A stretch of 64,000 nt of DNA from Bacteroidaceae bacterium (GCA_024398595.1 JAKSIX010000001.1:9873-73872), one strand, 5' to 3'; numbered from the stretch's first letter, positions 9,896 through 20,744 are shown. Notes: generated by a model from the sequence alone, not told the origin. Numbers and translations are program-made.

Positions 9896-11659
9896 CTATT
9901 CGTTTTCTACTTTGATTTTACCACACAGTCCTGTCATCCTCCGGCTCTGCACATTGTGGCTTACCTGTGACGGAGTCAAGTACGATGACGCCATTCCAGC
10001 CGCAAGCACATCCTGCGGGACCTCAATGGCGCGACGGGGATCGTTCCACTTCAATTTATACGCTGTTCCTTCTGCATTCCAGATATGTGTATATTCTATT
10101 CCAAAACGTTTCAGGTCAAAGAAACGGAGTCCGGTATAGGCAGTCTCATATCTGCGCATATCGTTCAGGCAGTTCATATAGGGATACAGGTCTTTCGGAA
10201 TATTGAAACCCAGACTCATGGAATCCGTAGTCGTCCAATCGGCTATGACATTGCTTTTGCCTGGCGTGGAATACCAGCGTTCAATCATGCTTTCCGTCAA
10301 CGGGCGCAATGCTCCGCCTGAAGTATAGAAGTCCAGATTTGACTTGGAGAATGACTGACGGCTGTTCTCGTACGCAATCAGATCCTCTGCGCAACCCTTC
10401 TTGTCGTGATTCCCGAGAAGTCTGGCTTCAGCCCTTTCCAGAAGCAGTTCCGTACAGGTAAACTCACGGCGCACAATATGCGCATAGCCTATTCCGGCAA
10501 TCTTGTCAGTATATTCAAATCTCTCGGCAATACGCGCACTGGTAAAGCCGTGGTCGGCATTTCCATCATAGAACGTACCTCCGCCGACACTTGCGGCGGG
10601 CATAAGGAACCAGTCCCAGTTAGGCCCGTAATGATACTCTATATCCTTCAATGCCTTACCGGCAGTTGCATAACGGTATCCTATATGTCGCCTGAACTGG
10701 ACGGAATATGTAGCTATCAGCATCAGATTATTCTCAGAGTCAGGATTCTGCCAAGCCTCTGCGAAATCTTCGGATGTCACACAGTCATCAAAGACGGAAT
10801 AATCCATAAGGACAGATGGCAATACGGAAGCATCCCGTCCGAGAACTGCATCCGCATGTTCAATGACTTTGTCATACTCACGCCGGAAAAGATAGAAACG
10901 TGCGGCAAAGGCGTGTGCCGCCTTGACATTGAAATGCCACTTTGGCTTCTCGTAATTGACATCGCTTATCAGGTCAAGCCCTCTCTCCAAGTCACTTTCA
11001 ATCCTGTCGTATGTATCAGTTACGTTACTGCGGTCATAATCCACCATAACCACATCCTCGGGAGTCATACAGTATGGTATTCCAATGTCATTACGGCTTG
11101 CATTGTCATCCTTGTATGCTTGGGAGAACACATTGACCAGTATGAAATGGTGATAGGCCCTGATCAGATACAGTTCCGCGTAGGCGGCCCTCATCTTTTC
11201 TGAAGTATCCTCCACCGGCACGTTTCCACGCAATCCGTCCAGAATCTGAAACGCATGGTTTGCTGTGGCAATCGCGTGGTAGCACCCCTCCCATATCTCT
11301 GACGGGGAGTCAGTGCCATTGGAAGACTTGACAGGCTCGAATCTGTAGGCCTCGCCGTCCATACGCTCATACTCCCGGAGATTGTAGCGCACCGGCACCT
11401 CACGTCCATCATCCTGAGTTGCCATATATGGAGCATTTATATCAATGATATTGTCACTTGACAGCTCACACAGCCATCCATAGTTTCCTGTAGAATATGC
11501 GGAACCTGCCAACTGTATTACCTGACTGAGTGTAGTAACCTCAACACGTTCATCAGGCGACTCGTCAAGGAATCTGTCTGCACACCCGTTCAAACCGACA
11601 GCCAGCATCAGGCCAATCACAAAATCCGGCAAACGCAGTTTCTTCATATCACCAATCAT
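9896..11659 (-). CDS. RagB/SusD family nutrient-uptake outer membrane lipoprotein
   Basis: Follows SusC with an ATGA overlap; an alternative start MKKL lies at 11647. Lipobox LNGCADRF. About 580 aa, with a helical TPR-like composition typical of SusD. Confidence 0.85.
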   Translation of the reverse strand: MIGDMKKLRLPDFVIGLMLAVGLNGCADRFLDESPDERVEVTTLSQVIQLAGSAYSTGNYGWLCELSSDNIIDINAPYMATQDDGREVPVRYNLREYERMDGEAYRFEPVKSSNGTDSPSEIWEGCYHAIATANHAFQILDGLRGNVPVEDTSEKMRAAYAELYLIRAYHHFILVNVFSQAYKDDNASRNDIGIPYCMTPEDVVMVDYDRSNVTDTYDRIESDLERGLDLISDVNYEKPKWHFNVKAAHAFAARFYLFRREYDKVIEHADAVLGRDASVLPSVLMDYSVFDDCVTSEDFAEAWQNPDSENNLMLIATYSVQFRRHIGYRYATAGKALKDIEYHYGPNWDWFLMPAASVGGGTFYDGNADHGFTSARIAERFEYTDKIAGIGYAHIVRREFTCTELLLERAEARLLGNHDKKGCAEDLIAYENSRQSFSKSNLDFYTSGGALRPLTESMIERWYSTPGKSNVIADWTTTDSMSLGFNIPKDLYPYMNCLNDMRRYETAYTGLRFFDLKRFGIEYTHIWNAEGTAYKLKWNDPRRAIEVPQDVLAAGMASSYLTPSQVSHNVQSRRMTGLCGKIKVENE

Positions 11660-14600
11660 AAGCCGACACGCACTGTAAATGTAAACTGTTTCGGCAGCGG
11701 AGCCGCAACTCCACCCGAATTCACGAACTCCGGATCCTGACCGTTCAGCACCCTGTCAGAATATATCAGGAACAGGTTCGTAGCGTCTATTCCCAATGAT
11801 GCTGATGCCAGCCCCATTCTCTTGAGGAAAGACATAGGCAGACTGTATGTCAGCGATATGTCCTTCATACGCACGAAGCCACCGTCAGCAACACGTGCAG
11901 TCGAGTAATTGTAGGCATTGTACGCATAGTCTATCATAGAACTGCCGTTGTACTGGCGCAGGCTCGCAATAACCGGAATATCAGTGACATTCTCATCGCC
12001 CGGCTGCACCCATCTGTTCTTGAACTCCTTTGTCATCGCACTCATATCGGAATATGCGGAGGCAAATACAGGATCCAGACGGACCTTGTTCCCGAAGGCA
12101 TACGATATGAATACATTGAGCCTCCAGTTACGCCAGATGAAAGTATTGTTCAGTCCCCCGGTCACAGGCGGTTCGGCAGGTCCCTCGTACTTCAGGTACT
12201 CCAGTTTGTCATACTCCTGGAAATTTATATCACCGGCCGTAACCTCACCCTTCTCATTCATAACTGTAGGGATACCTGCATCATTGAGACCTGTAAACGG
12301 TATTGAAAACAATGCGGATACAGGGTAGCCTTCCCTAAAATGATTTCCGCTGTTACCAGTCACCAGACTGATGACATTGCTTCTTGACTTGAGACCGGTA
12401 ATCACATTGTCCGCGTATGAAAAGACCAGATCTGTCGTCCACTTGAATCCGTTATGCATTATGTTCCGTGTCGTCAGCGACAGTTCCACGCCACCTGACC
12501 TCATGGATGCGACATTTGCAAGTTTGTCTATCATACCGCCTACACCCTGCGTCTGGGTGTAGCCTATCAGGTCATAGTTGTTTCTCCAGAAGCCATCCAC
12601 TGCAAGATTTATACGGTTATCCAAGAATCCTATATCGGCACCAATATTGAATTCGTGCTTTTTCTCGTAAGTCAGTTCCTTATTTGCAATCTCACTGAGC
12701 ACTATGACCGTCTCCATCTGATTCCCTTGCGGACGCCACGCATTCGATGAATAATAAATCGGCAATGCATTGGATACGGATGCCGGCCCGCGATCCGCAG
12801 TCAATGAATACGATGCCCTCAGCCGTAGGAATGACAGCCAGTTTCTGTGAGCATCCAGATAATCCCTCATCCACTTTTCCTCGTGCATATTCCACGCACC
12901 CGACACATTCCAGGTTGGGAGCCAGCGGGATTCACGGGCCTTACCCAGTTTGTTGGAGCCTTCATAACGGCCGGTCAGATTGGCCACGTATCTGTCATCA
13001 TACGAATAGCTGACACTGGCAAAACCTGCGAAATTCCTCACCCTGTCAGCTGAGAACGAACTCAGTACCGTATTCTCCTCCTTCGCCTGCTTGTAGAATT
13101 CAGGAGTTATGGTAACTATACGCTGGGCATCATAATCGACACCGTACTGGGAATCATACACCTGATCCCGGTCTGTCCTGTTCATCTCCATACCGCCGAA
13201 TACATTCATCACGTGAACATCCCTCCACACCTTGTTGTATTGTGCCGTGAGACGCAGGTCAAACTGGCTTACACTGTAATCCGAACGGGTATATATGCCG
13301 CCCTTCGGCATTACGGATATCGGATATGAGCCGGGTTTGTCCGGATCACTGTACAGATACCTGTTGGCATACTGTATATCCGGATTGCCCACTCCGGCAC
13401 GGTAGGCCTCCGCCTGATTGCTGCCATTCAGCACGAAATGCTCCTGCGATGACCTGTCAGTCCTGTATGCCGCCACAGCACGAATCTCAAGACCAAGCAG
13501 CGGTTTCACAGATACCTCTCCCTGAAATTTGAGGTCCGTTACAGACAGTTCCATATAATTATTGTCCAATTCACGCTTTACGTTGAACGGAGCGTAGTTT
13601 CTGGTATATTCCGCATCCGGATCCAGAACTCTCGATGTATTCAGGGCGTATGAGAACGGATTGATGTCAAAAGAACGGCTGACTCTGCCGCTGACCACAT
13701 CTACAGACCGCGTCAGAGTGCCCGGAGCCTGCTGGTTGCGGGAACTTCCATTGGCACTTAACGATACTGACACGTATTTGGACAAATCAAAATCGGCATT
13801 CACATTGGCAGTATAGCGTCTGACGTGGGAATCCATAGTCCAACCGGGATCGTTCATCACGCTGAGCGAGGCATATATCCCGGCCTTGTCGCTGCCTGAC
13901 GATACGCTCACCGAATGATTCTGCACGACATTGCTGTTGAAGAGCTCATCAAACCAGTCGGTATTCCGATATTCAGCCTCCCGCAGATAAGCGTTCATCG
14001 CGGCATCCGTGAACGGAAGTCCGAACCGGCCTGACATCTCATCGTATGTTGATATCAGATTGTACATTCTGCCGTAGATACCGCCGTTGGGGCTTTGTGC
14101 CAATGTCGCGAATTCCATCCACCCTTTATCCGACATCTCCCTGTAGATACCCATCTGCTCCTGCGAATCACAGATGTTGTAATTACGGTACGATGGTTTC
14201 AGCCTGTATGAGAATTCACCCGTATAATTCACAGACGAGCGTCCCTGATGCCCGCGTCTTGTAGTAATGACCACGACTCCGGCCATTGCTCTGGCTCCGT
14301 ATATCGATGTAGCGGAACCGTCTTTCAGAATCTGGAAACTTTCTATGTCATCGGCATTGAGTCCCGCTATGGCATTCGATATCAATGTTACGGCATCGCC
14401 GGATGAAAGCGCATCGGCATCAATATCCACAATATCCTCCTGAATTATGCCATCTATCACCCACAGAGGCTTGGAATCCCCATAGATGGACGTGGCACCA
14501 CGGACCCGTATCTTAGGGGCAGTTCCGAATGTTCCTGACACATTCTGCACCGACACGCCTGCTGCACGCCCTTCCAGTTCCCTGCTTATATCCGCAATTC

Positions 14601-14991
14601 CGCCCATTCTGACATCATCCGCACTGAGACTTACCGTAGCTCCGGTGAACAGTCTTTTATCCAAGCTCCGCATACCCTGCACCACAACCTCACCGACTTC
14701 ATTCGTCTCCGGGACAAGCCTTATACGCATATCCTCCGAAGCGGCAATCTCCTGACGCACATACCCTATATATGATACCAGCAGCATTGTGCCGGGTTGC
14801 ACATTGATTGTGAATGCGCCATTCAAATCGGAAACTGCGCCGACGGTCATATCGTCAATATTCTGAACCGTAGCTCCGACTACGGGTTCTCCTGCATTAT
14901 CCAATATCAGCCCGGACAGCGTCTGCGATTGTCCCGCATAGCAGAACATCAGGGCAATCAGCACAAACAGACATTTTCTTCTACTTGACAT
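11656..14991 (-). CDS. SusC/RagA family TonB-linked outer membrane protein
   Basis: 1111 aa. N-terminal carboxypeptidase-regulatory-like domain (LSGLILDNAGEPVVGATVQN...LLVSYIGY), a plug region (GAAGVSVQNVSGTFGTAPKIRVRGATSI) and a long beta-barrel. Confidence 0.92.
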   Translation of the reverse strand: MSSRRKCLFVLIALMFCYAGQSQTLSGLILDNAGEPVVGATVQNIDDMTVGAVSDLNGAFTINVQPGTMLLVSYIGYVRQEIAASEDMRIRLVPETNEVGEVVVQGMRSLDKRLFTGATVSLSADDVRMGGIADISRELEGRAAGVSVQNVSGTFGTAPKIRVRGATSIYGDSKPLWVIDGIIQEDIVDIDADALSSGDAVTLISNAIAGLNADDIESFQILKDGSATSIYGARAMAGVVVITTRRGHQGRSSVNYTGEFSYRLKPSYRNYNICDSQEQMGIYREMSDKGWMEFATLAQSPNGGIYGRMYNLISTYDEMSGRFGLPFTDAAMNAYLREAEYRNTDWFDELFNSNVVQNHSVSVSSGSDKAGIYASLSVMNDPGWTMDSHVRRYTANVNADFDLSKYVSVSLSANGSSRNQQAPGTLTRSVDVVSGRVSRSFDINPFSYALNTSRVLDPDAEYTRNYAPFNVKRELDNNYMELSVTDLKFQGEVSVKPLLGLEIRAVAAYRTDRSSQEHFVLNGSNQAEAYRAGVGNPDIQYANRYLYSDPDKPGSYPISVMPKGGIYTRSDYSVSQFDLRLTAQYNKVWRDVHVMNVFGGMEMNRTDRDQVYDSQYGVDYDAQRIVTITPEFYKQAKEENTVLSSFSADRVRNFAGFASVSYSYDDRYVANLTGRYEGSNKLGKARESRWLPTWNVSGAWNMHEEKWMRDYLDAHRNWLSFLRLRASYSLTADRGPASVSNALPIYYSSNAWRPQGNQMETVIVLSEIANKELTYEKKHEFNIGADIGFLDNRINLAVDGFWRNNYDLIGYTQTQGVGGMIDKLANVASMRSGGVELSLTTRNIMHNGFKWTTDLVFSYADNVITGLKSRSNVISLVTGNSGNHFREGYPVSALFSIPFTGLNDAGIPTVMNEKGEVTAGDINFQEYDKLEYLKYEGPAEPPVTGGLNNTFIWRNWRLNVFISYAFGNKVRLDPVFASAYSDMSAMTKEFKNRWVQPGDENVTDIPVIASLRQYNGSSMIDYAYNAYNYSTARVADGGFVRMKDISLTYSLPMSFLKRMGLASASLGIDATNLFLIYSDRVLNGQDPEFVNSGGVAAPLPKQFTFTVRVGL

Positions 14992-16471
14992 GGCATCTGA
15001 TTTTTACGGGTTTCGACTCAGCCTGGACACGCGACAAAGCGGTCACGACATATATACAATCCTTATCGGCACTGTCCATCCGGAAATACACATTATCCAC
15101 AATGCCTGCTATATGCGATGCATCTTCCGTATCAATGGTTTCCTTCTCAGAAAACTTATACACAACATATTTGCAGGCCCTGTCTTCCTCCGAATGCCCA
15201 GCAGGTGCTGTCCAGTAAAGTACATTTCCGTCAACGGTAGGTATAATGCGGAGCTTGCGCACCTTTCCCGGCCTTTCTAAAGCCATTCTGGAAGGAAGGG
15301 GCTGCAGGGCAGGTGTCGCGTAATATTCCTTGGCCAGCACATCCCTGTAAGCACCCGGATTGTCCACGACAGATTTTGCAGGCCAGTGACAACTGCCGGC
15401 CAGCTCACTGCGTCCACGCTGCAGATCCATCTTCAGACGCTCCTGATGCTGTGAGGCATTGTTCGGATCTTTTTCCTTTACCGTGCGCTCCACATCCTGG
15501 CCTATGTACATGAGACAGCCGTATGCATGATCCGCCCACCAGTTGACAAGTTCCTGATAATCTGCAATCCTGTAGCTGACATTCCAATACAACTGCGGAA
15601 TACAGTAGTCCATCCACCTTTGTTCCAGCCAATACAGCACATCAGCATACAAACCGCTGTAGTTCTCAAAGCCGTTCGTGGCACTTCCATCCGGATATTC
15701 CTCTGTCTTGTTTCTGTAAATGCCGAATGGCGATATGCCAAACTTCACCCACGGCTTTATACTGCGTATCGTATCTGCCAACTGCTCTACAAACAGGTTT
15801 ACATTATCCCTGCGCCAGTCATCCTTATTCCTGAATCCACGCGGATCACGGATAAAATCAGCATCATCATTGAACTTCAGCCCATCCTCAGGATATGGAT
15901 AAAAGTAATCGTCAATATGAAAGCCGTCAATATCATAGCGTCGCACAATATCCGCTGCAATGGAACAGATATAATCCCGGTTCTCCTTCAGAGCCGGATT
16001 GAAAAGGGCCAGTTTTCCATAACGCACAAAACGTTCCGGATGCATTGACATCTGATGTGCCAGTGCAAGTTCCTCTGTGGATACAGTCTTGGCTCTGAAC
16101 GGATTAATCCAGGCATGAAGTTCCATCCCATGATTATGGCACAGCTCCAGCATAAACTGGAGCGGATCCCAGTCCTCATCTGGTTCAAGTCCCTGTCTGC
16201 CGGTAAGGAATGCGCTCCACGGCTCAATGTCTGACTTATACAGTGCATCGCCCTCCACGCGCACCTGAAACATTATCGTGTTAATGCCACAGGATGACAG
16301 ACTCTCAATCTGCGAAGTCAATTCAGCCTTCAGCTCTTTTGCCGGTATTCCCTCAAACTGGTGATTCACAGCCTGTATCCAGGCACCCCTGAACTCTCTC
16401 TTCGGAGCCGTCTGACAAAAGGTGCAGACGGTCAGAGAGAGCAGAAATATTACTGTAATAACCCTTTTCAT
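14981..16471 (-). CDS. Glycoside hydrolase-like family 10 protein (GHL10/DUF187, YngK-like)
   Basis: Signal peptide, then the REFRGAWIQAV start typical of GHL10. TIM-barrel-like motifs ELHAWINPF and DGFHIDDYFYP. Its stop overlaps the SusC start by 11 bp. Confidence 0.72.
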   Translation of the reverse strand: MKRVITVIFLLSLTVCTFCQTAPKREFRGAWIQAVNHQFEGIPAKELKAELTSQIESLSSCGINTIMFQVRVEGDALYKSDIEPWSAFLTGRQGLEPDEDWDPLQFMLELCHNHGMELHAWINPFRAKTVSTEELALAHQMSMHPERFVRYGKLALFNPALKENRDYICSIAADIVRRYDIDGFHIDDYFYPYPEDGLKFNDDADFIRDPRGFRNKDDWRRDNVNLFVEQLADTIRSIKPWVKFGISPFGIYRNKTEEYPDGSATNGFENYSGLYADVLYWLEQRWMDYCIPQLYWNVSYRIADYQELVNWWADHAYGCLMYIGQDVERTVKEKDPNNASQHQERLKMDLQRGRSELAGSCHWPAKSVVDNPGAYRDVLAKEYYATPALQPLPSRMALERPGKVRKLRIIPTVDGNVLYWTAPAGHSEEDRACKYVVYKFSEKETIDTEDASHIAGIVDNVYFRMDSADKDCIYVVTALSRVQAESKPVKIRCHVK

Positions 16472-16531
16472 TCAGACAGACTGTTGTACTCCTCCAACGC
16501 TTCAGCCAACAGGCACAGCGCATCCTCCAAA

Positions 16532-19270
16532 TCATTCCCCCGACAAATACCTTTCTGCCTTACCTGTTTCCATATTCTTGACTATGAACAATCCGTTCCT
16601 GCCGGTAAGCCGGTATATTGCACTGCTTATCTCCGCCTCGTCACCGACTGTTATACTGCCTGCACTCGCACCCGTAAGAGAGAATACTTCGTAAGTGCCG
16701 CCGGATGCCGCCGGTATGTCCTCCACATCTGTCGGAGTCGTGCAAGTCAGCTTTATCTTATCTATACAACAGGAAGTGGAACCATAGCCAGCCACAATGG
16801 TGACACGTATTATCTGCTGTCCTGCCGGCAACTCCACAAGGAACTTACCGGATTTGACCTGATATTTATTGTTTCCTCCTGTATTGGGTATCTCCATAGT
16901 CGATAGAGTCTTGTATCCGGTAGAAGTCTTATAGGCTACCCTGATTCTGGAGCCCGTAACACCCGATGCCGCCGTTATATCGTATGAATATTTACCTGCT
17001 TCCTTCACATTTACAGTATATTCCATCCACTCATCAGTTACTATGTATCCCACACCATATCCGGAGCCTATTTTAATAATATCAAGTCCCTCATTATCAC
17101 TACGATAACCAGCCTTACCCTCATCCACATCGTCCGAATCGTGGAAGGACCGGCCGTCACCGCCCTTGTCAAAATTCTCGAACTCGATTGTGCCCGGAAT
17201 ATTCGTAGTCCTGTATGGAGCACGTACATTGAAAGCCGTCTGGAAATACTCCGATTCGCTGTCATCCTCCATAATAGCCACCGCCCTTACCGTATGATGC
17301 CCTACCGATGCACTACTGATGATATATTCGTATGGCTCAGCTGTAACAGAAGCCGTCTTTTTACCATCAATATAATAATCCACCGATTTCAGCACCACCT
17401 GCTCCGGCTTTGTCACAGCTGCAGAAATTGTCACAGGCTCATTTTGTACCGGGGATGCGGGACTCACAGACAAATTCAGTTTAACATCGTGATTTATTCC
17501 ACCCTTAATGTGGGTGAAGCCGACTTTGTCAATATTGCAGTTCGCTCCTTCAATTGTAATACGCAGTATCTGCTCACCGGACTCAAGCGGGATTGACGTA
17601 CGGTCAATGATTGTAGTGTATTTGCTCCAGTCATTATTGGCTGTCTGAGGCACACTGATTCTTGCAATCTCAGTCAGTTTGCCACCATTGTTGACACTTA
17701 TTGAGAAACTTGAACCTGTAGTACCGGATGAGGCTACGGCTGAAAATGTATAATACCCGGCCTGCGCCACATTGACCGAATATTCCATCCACTCCCCCGA
17801 ATTGGTATAGCCTACCACAGCTGTCCCATTACCGTGTACAATATCAACGCCATCAGAACGGTACGAACTGTAATCGCCTTGTCTGCTGCCTGAGTTGTGG
17901 AAAGTCACGCCTTCACCCCCCTTGTCATAATCAGCAGCCTTCACCGTACCGGGTATGGCAACAGGCTCACCTTTGAACGGTTTGCGCTGCTGATATACTT
18001 CAATATGCGAATATCTGGTATAGGCAGCTCCGTCTGTGGTATATACAATCGCCTTCAAAGTGGATTTCTGTCCGACTTTCCCAGCTTTCAGCCTGACAGT
18101 GTAGGGAATCTCCTTCATAACGACAGAATCCTTGTCAACATACAGCACCACCCTGTCAATGGTCTTGGTCCTCATCGAAGCGCGTACGGTAACTTCGTAG
18201 TCATCGCCGGTACAAGGTTTCAGCGTGGACGGCTTCACATAAACCGATGCTTCCTTGGTCCACCCGTTTGTGAGCGGGAAATTTTTACGGAATCCTGCTG
18301 TCAGAGCCTTTTCTGTCTTCATATATTCCCTAAGCCACTTCATGGCAGGACGTTCCTTTCCAACTCCGCCGGAAATCCCGGAATAATCCTCCCATGTCTT
18401 GCCCTGTATGAAGCCCCAGATGGTAATTCCTGCACAGTAATCACTCTCCCACATCAGAGGAATCTGTTCCTTGTAACGGAGCAGTTGTGTATCATCACTC
18501 TTCTGATTTATGTCATATTCGGTTATATACATAGGAATCTGAAGAGCATTCTGAATCTTTGCCATGACAGTCTTGAGGCTAGCACCCGACATATCGTTCA
18601 AATCGTGCGACTGGCATCCGTAGGCGTCAATCGGAGCACCGGCATCTATAAGGGTCCTGACCAGTTCGATATACCTGTCCGTATCCCACTGGAAAGTATT
18701 GAAGTCATTGTATATCAGAATCGCATCCGGCCAGCGCGTATGTACAAGTTCGAAGGCATTGACTATCCAGTCATATCCGCTTACTCCGGCACCGCCCAAA
18801 GCCTCTTCGAAATATCGTGTGCCCTGCTGATGCCCCGAAAGAGCCTCGTTGACAACATCTATCAGTTCCAGTTTGGGAAAATGCTTCTTGGCGGCATCTA
18901 TCCATTTCACAATCTCATCGTAACGTTCCTTTGCGGACAGCGTAGTAATCCATTCCGGATACTGCGAACCCCACGCAAAGCAGTGGAACTTGAAATGCAG
19001 ATCATTGTTCTTGGCATAGTTATACGAATTGTCGGCTCCATACCAGCTGAACGAACCGCGTGTCCCTTCCACCGAAGACCATTTCGTTTCATTCTCGGGT
19101 GTCACCTGATTCCAAAGGTCGGAATATTTGTAGCCGTCCGTATCCATCGCACCATAGGACGTGATGTTTCCGAGGAACTTATACGGATTCTTGGATATCT
19201 GAGCGCTACACAATAGTGGAGACATTGACACAAACAGCGCAGCTACAGTCATGAGCAGACTTCTCTTCAT
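16532..19270 (-). CDS. GH10 family glycoside hydrolase (endo-beta-1,4-xylanase-like) with two CBM6-like modules, an Ig-like spacer and a C-terminal sorting-like tail
   Basis: GH10 motifs: WNQVTPENETKW, HCFAWGSQYPEW, acid/base IDVVNEAL and nucleophile MYITEYDI. Two homologous modules: GTVKAADYDKGGEGVTFHNSG...GEWMEYSVNV and GTIEFENFDKGGDGRSFHDSD...DEWMEYTVNV. Confidence 0.8.
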   Translation of the reverse strand: MKRSLLMTVAALFVSMSPLLCSAQISKNPYKFLGNITSYGAMDTDGYKYSDLWNQVTPENETKWSSVEGTRGSFSWYGADNSYNYAKNNDLHFKFHCFAWGSQYPEWITTLSAKERYDEIVKWIDAAKKHFPKLELIDVVNEALSGHQQGTRYFEEALGGAGVSGYDWIVNAFELVHTRWPDAILIYNDFNTFQWDTDRYIELVRTLIDAGAPIDAYGCQSHDLNDMSGASLKTVMAKIQNALQIPMYITEYDINQKSDDTQLLRYKEQIPLMWESDYCAGITIWGFIQGKTWEDYSGISGGVGKERPAMKWLREYMKTEKALTAGFRKNFPLTNGWTKEASVYVKPSTLKPCTGDDYEVTVRASMRTKTIDRVVLYVDKDSVVMKEIPYTVRLKAGKVGQKSTLKAIVYTTDGAAYTRYSHIEVYQQRKPFKGEPVAIPGTVKAADYDKGGEGVTFHNSGSRQGDYSSYRSDGVDIVHGNGTAVVGYTNSGEWMEYSVNVAQAGYYTFSAVASSGTTGSSFSISVNNGGKLTEIARISVPQTANNDWSKYTTIIDRTSIPLESGEQILRITIEGANCNIDKVGFTHIKGGINHDVKLNLSVSPASPVQNEPVTISAAVTKPEQVVLKSVDYYIDGKKTASVTAEPYEYIISSASVGHHTVRAVAIMEDDSESEYFQTAFNVRAPYRTTNIPGTIEFENFDKGGDGRSFHDSDDVDEGKAGYRSDNEGLDIIKIGSGYGVGYIVTDEWMEYTVNVKEAGKYSYDITAASGVTGSRIRVAYKTSTGYKTLSTMEIPNTGGNNKYQVKSGKFLVELPAGQQIIRVTIVAGYGSTSCCIDKIKLTCTTPTDVEDIPAASGGTYEVFSLTGASAGSITVGDEAEISSAIYRLTGRNGLFIVKNMETGKAERYLSGE

Positions 19271-19368
19271 AGGCAGGTTTTTTTATTATTGTTCTACAAA
19301 GTAAACGATAATATGCCATTATTTCAAAATATCGGGCAATTTATTGCTGACGTGCTGAAAAATGCCAC

Positions 19369-19376
19369 TAATTTTG
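19369..19376 (+). promoter_or_regulatory. Candidate Bacteroidetes -7 box (TAnnTTTG) for the TrpB2 gene
   Basis: TAATTTTG lies 19 nt upstream of the ATG at 19395. It falls inside the longer ORF-track extension, which supports the shorter start. Confidence 0.4.
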
Positions 19377-19394
19377 CAGGAAACAACAAATGAA

Positions 19395-20744
19395 ATGAGA
19401 CAAAAGAGATTTTTTCTGACCGAGAGCGAGATACCTGAGAGATGGTACAATATACAGGCCGAAATGCCCAACAAACCTATGCCTCTCAAGAATCCGCAGA
19501 CAGGCGAAGTGATGAAGGCCGAAGACCTTTTCCCCATATTCTGTGAGGAATGCAGCCGTCAGGAGCTCAACCGTACGGACATCTGGATTGACATACCGGA
19601 GAAAGTACGTGAAATGTACACATTCTACCGCAGCACGCCGCTTGTCCGCGCATACGGACTTGAGCAGGCATTGGATACCCCCGCGCACATATATTTCAAG
19701 AACGAGAGTGTCAGTCCTGTAGGTTCCCACAAACTCAACTCCGCAATACCGCAGGCATATTACTGCAAGCAGGAAGGTGTGACCAACGTCACCACCGAGA
19801 CGGGTGCCGGCCAGTGGGGCACGGCACTGTCCTACGCAGCAAAAGTGTTCGGTCTGGAAGCCGCCGTATATCAGGTGAAAATCAGCTACGAACAGAAGCC
19901 GTACCGCCGCAACATGATGCAGGTATTCGGGGCGCAGGTCACGCCTTCCCCGTCAATGTCCACACGCGCAGGCAAGGACATTCTCACCGCCACTCCGAAT
20001 CATCAGGGATCACTTGGCACGGCAATTTCCGAGGCGGTTGAGCTGGCACGCACCACACCGAACTGCAAATACACGCTCGGCTCGGTATTGAGCCACGTGT
20101 CTCTCCATCAGACAATCATCGGACTTGAAGCTGAAAAGCAGATGGAACTGGCCGGTGAATACCCTGACGAGGTTATTGCCTGCTTCGGCGGAGGTTCAAA
20201 TTTCGGAGGCATAGCTTTCCCGTTCATGCGCCACACATTCAGCGGTCTGCATAAGGAAACAAGATACATCGCCGCAGAACCGGCTTCCTGCCCGAAACTC
20301 ACACGAGGCAGGTTCATGTATGACTACGGCGACGAAGCCGGCTACACGCCTATGATGCCGATGTTCTCTCTCGGACACAAGTTCGCCCCAGCCAACATTC
20401 ACGCCGGAGGTCTGCGCTATCACGGTGCCGGAGTAATCGTATCACAGCTGATGAAGGACGGATATATGGAGGCAATGGATGTGAATCAGCTTGAGACATT
20501 CGATGCCGGAATGCTTTTCGCACAGACCGAGGGCATAGTACCGGCTCCTGAGTCCTGCCACGCCATAGCAGCCACCATACGCCGCGCTATGGAATGCAGG
20601 GAAAGCGGAGAGAAGAAAGTACTGCTGTTCAATCTGACAGGACACGGTTTTATGGATATGTCGGCATACAACCAGTATCTCAGCGGAAACCTGACCAACT
20701 ATACTCTCACCGACGAGGAAATTGAGCGTCAGCTGAACAAGTAA
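19395..20744 (+). CDS. TrpB-like PLP-dependent enzyme (tryptophan synthase beta, TrpB2 type)
   Basis: N-terminus FLTESEIPERWYNIQAEMPNKP is typical of TrpB2. PLP-lysine context SPVGSHKLNSA and phosphate loop CFGGGSNFGG. Confidence 0.85.
   Translation: MRQKRFFLTESEIPERWYNIQAEMPNKPMPLKNPQTGEVMKAEDLFPIFCEECSRQELNRTDIWIDIPEKVREMYTFYRSTPLVRAYGLEQALDTPAHIYFKNESVSPVGSHKLNSAIPQAYYCKQEGVTNVTTETGAGQWGTALSYAAKVFGLEAAVYQVKISYEQKPYRRNMMQVFGAQVTPSPSMSTRAGKDILTATPNHQGSLGTAISEAVELARTTPNCKYTLGSVLSHVSLHQTIIGLEAEKQMELAGEYPDEVIACFGGGSNFGGIAFPFMRHTFSGLHKETRYIAAEPASCPKLTRGRFMYDYGDEAGYTPMMPMFSLGHKFAPANIHAGGLRYHGAGVIVSQLMKDGYMEAMDVNQLETFDAGMLFAQTEGIVPAPESCHAIAATIRRAMECRESGEKKVLLFNLTGHGFMDMSAYNQYLSGNLTNYTLTDEEIERQLNK

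Noticed and set aside
17897-19216. 439-aa ORF on the plus strand
   Set aside because: It lies entirely antisense to the well-supported GH10 gene. Its translation is Arg/Ile/Leu/His-rich with no recognisable motif, which is typical of a shadow ORF.
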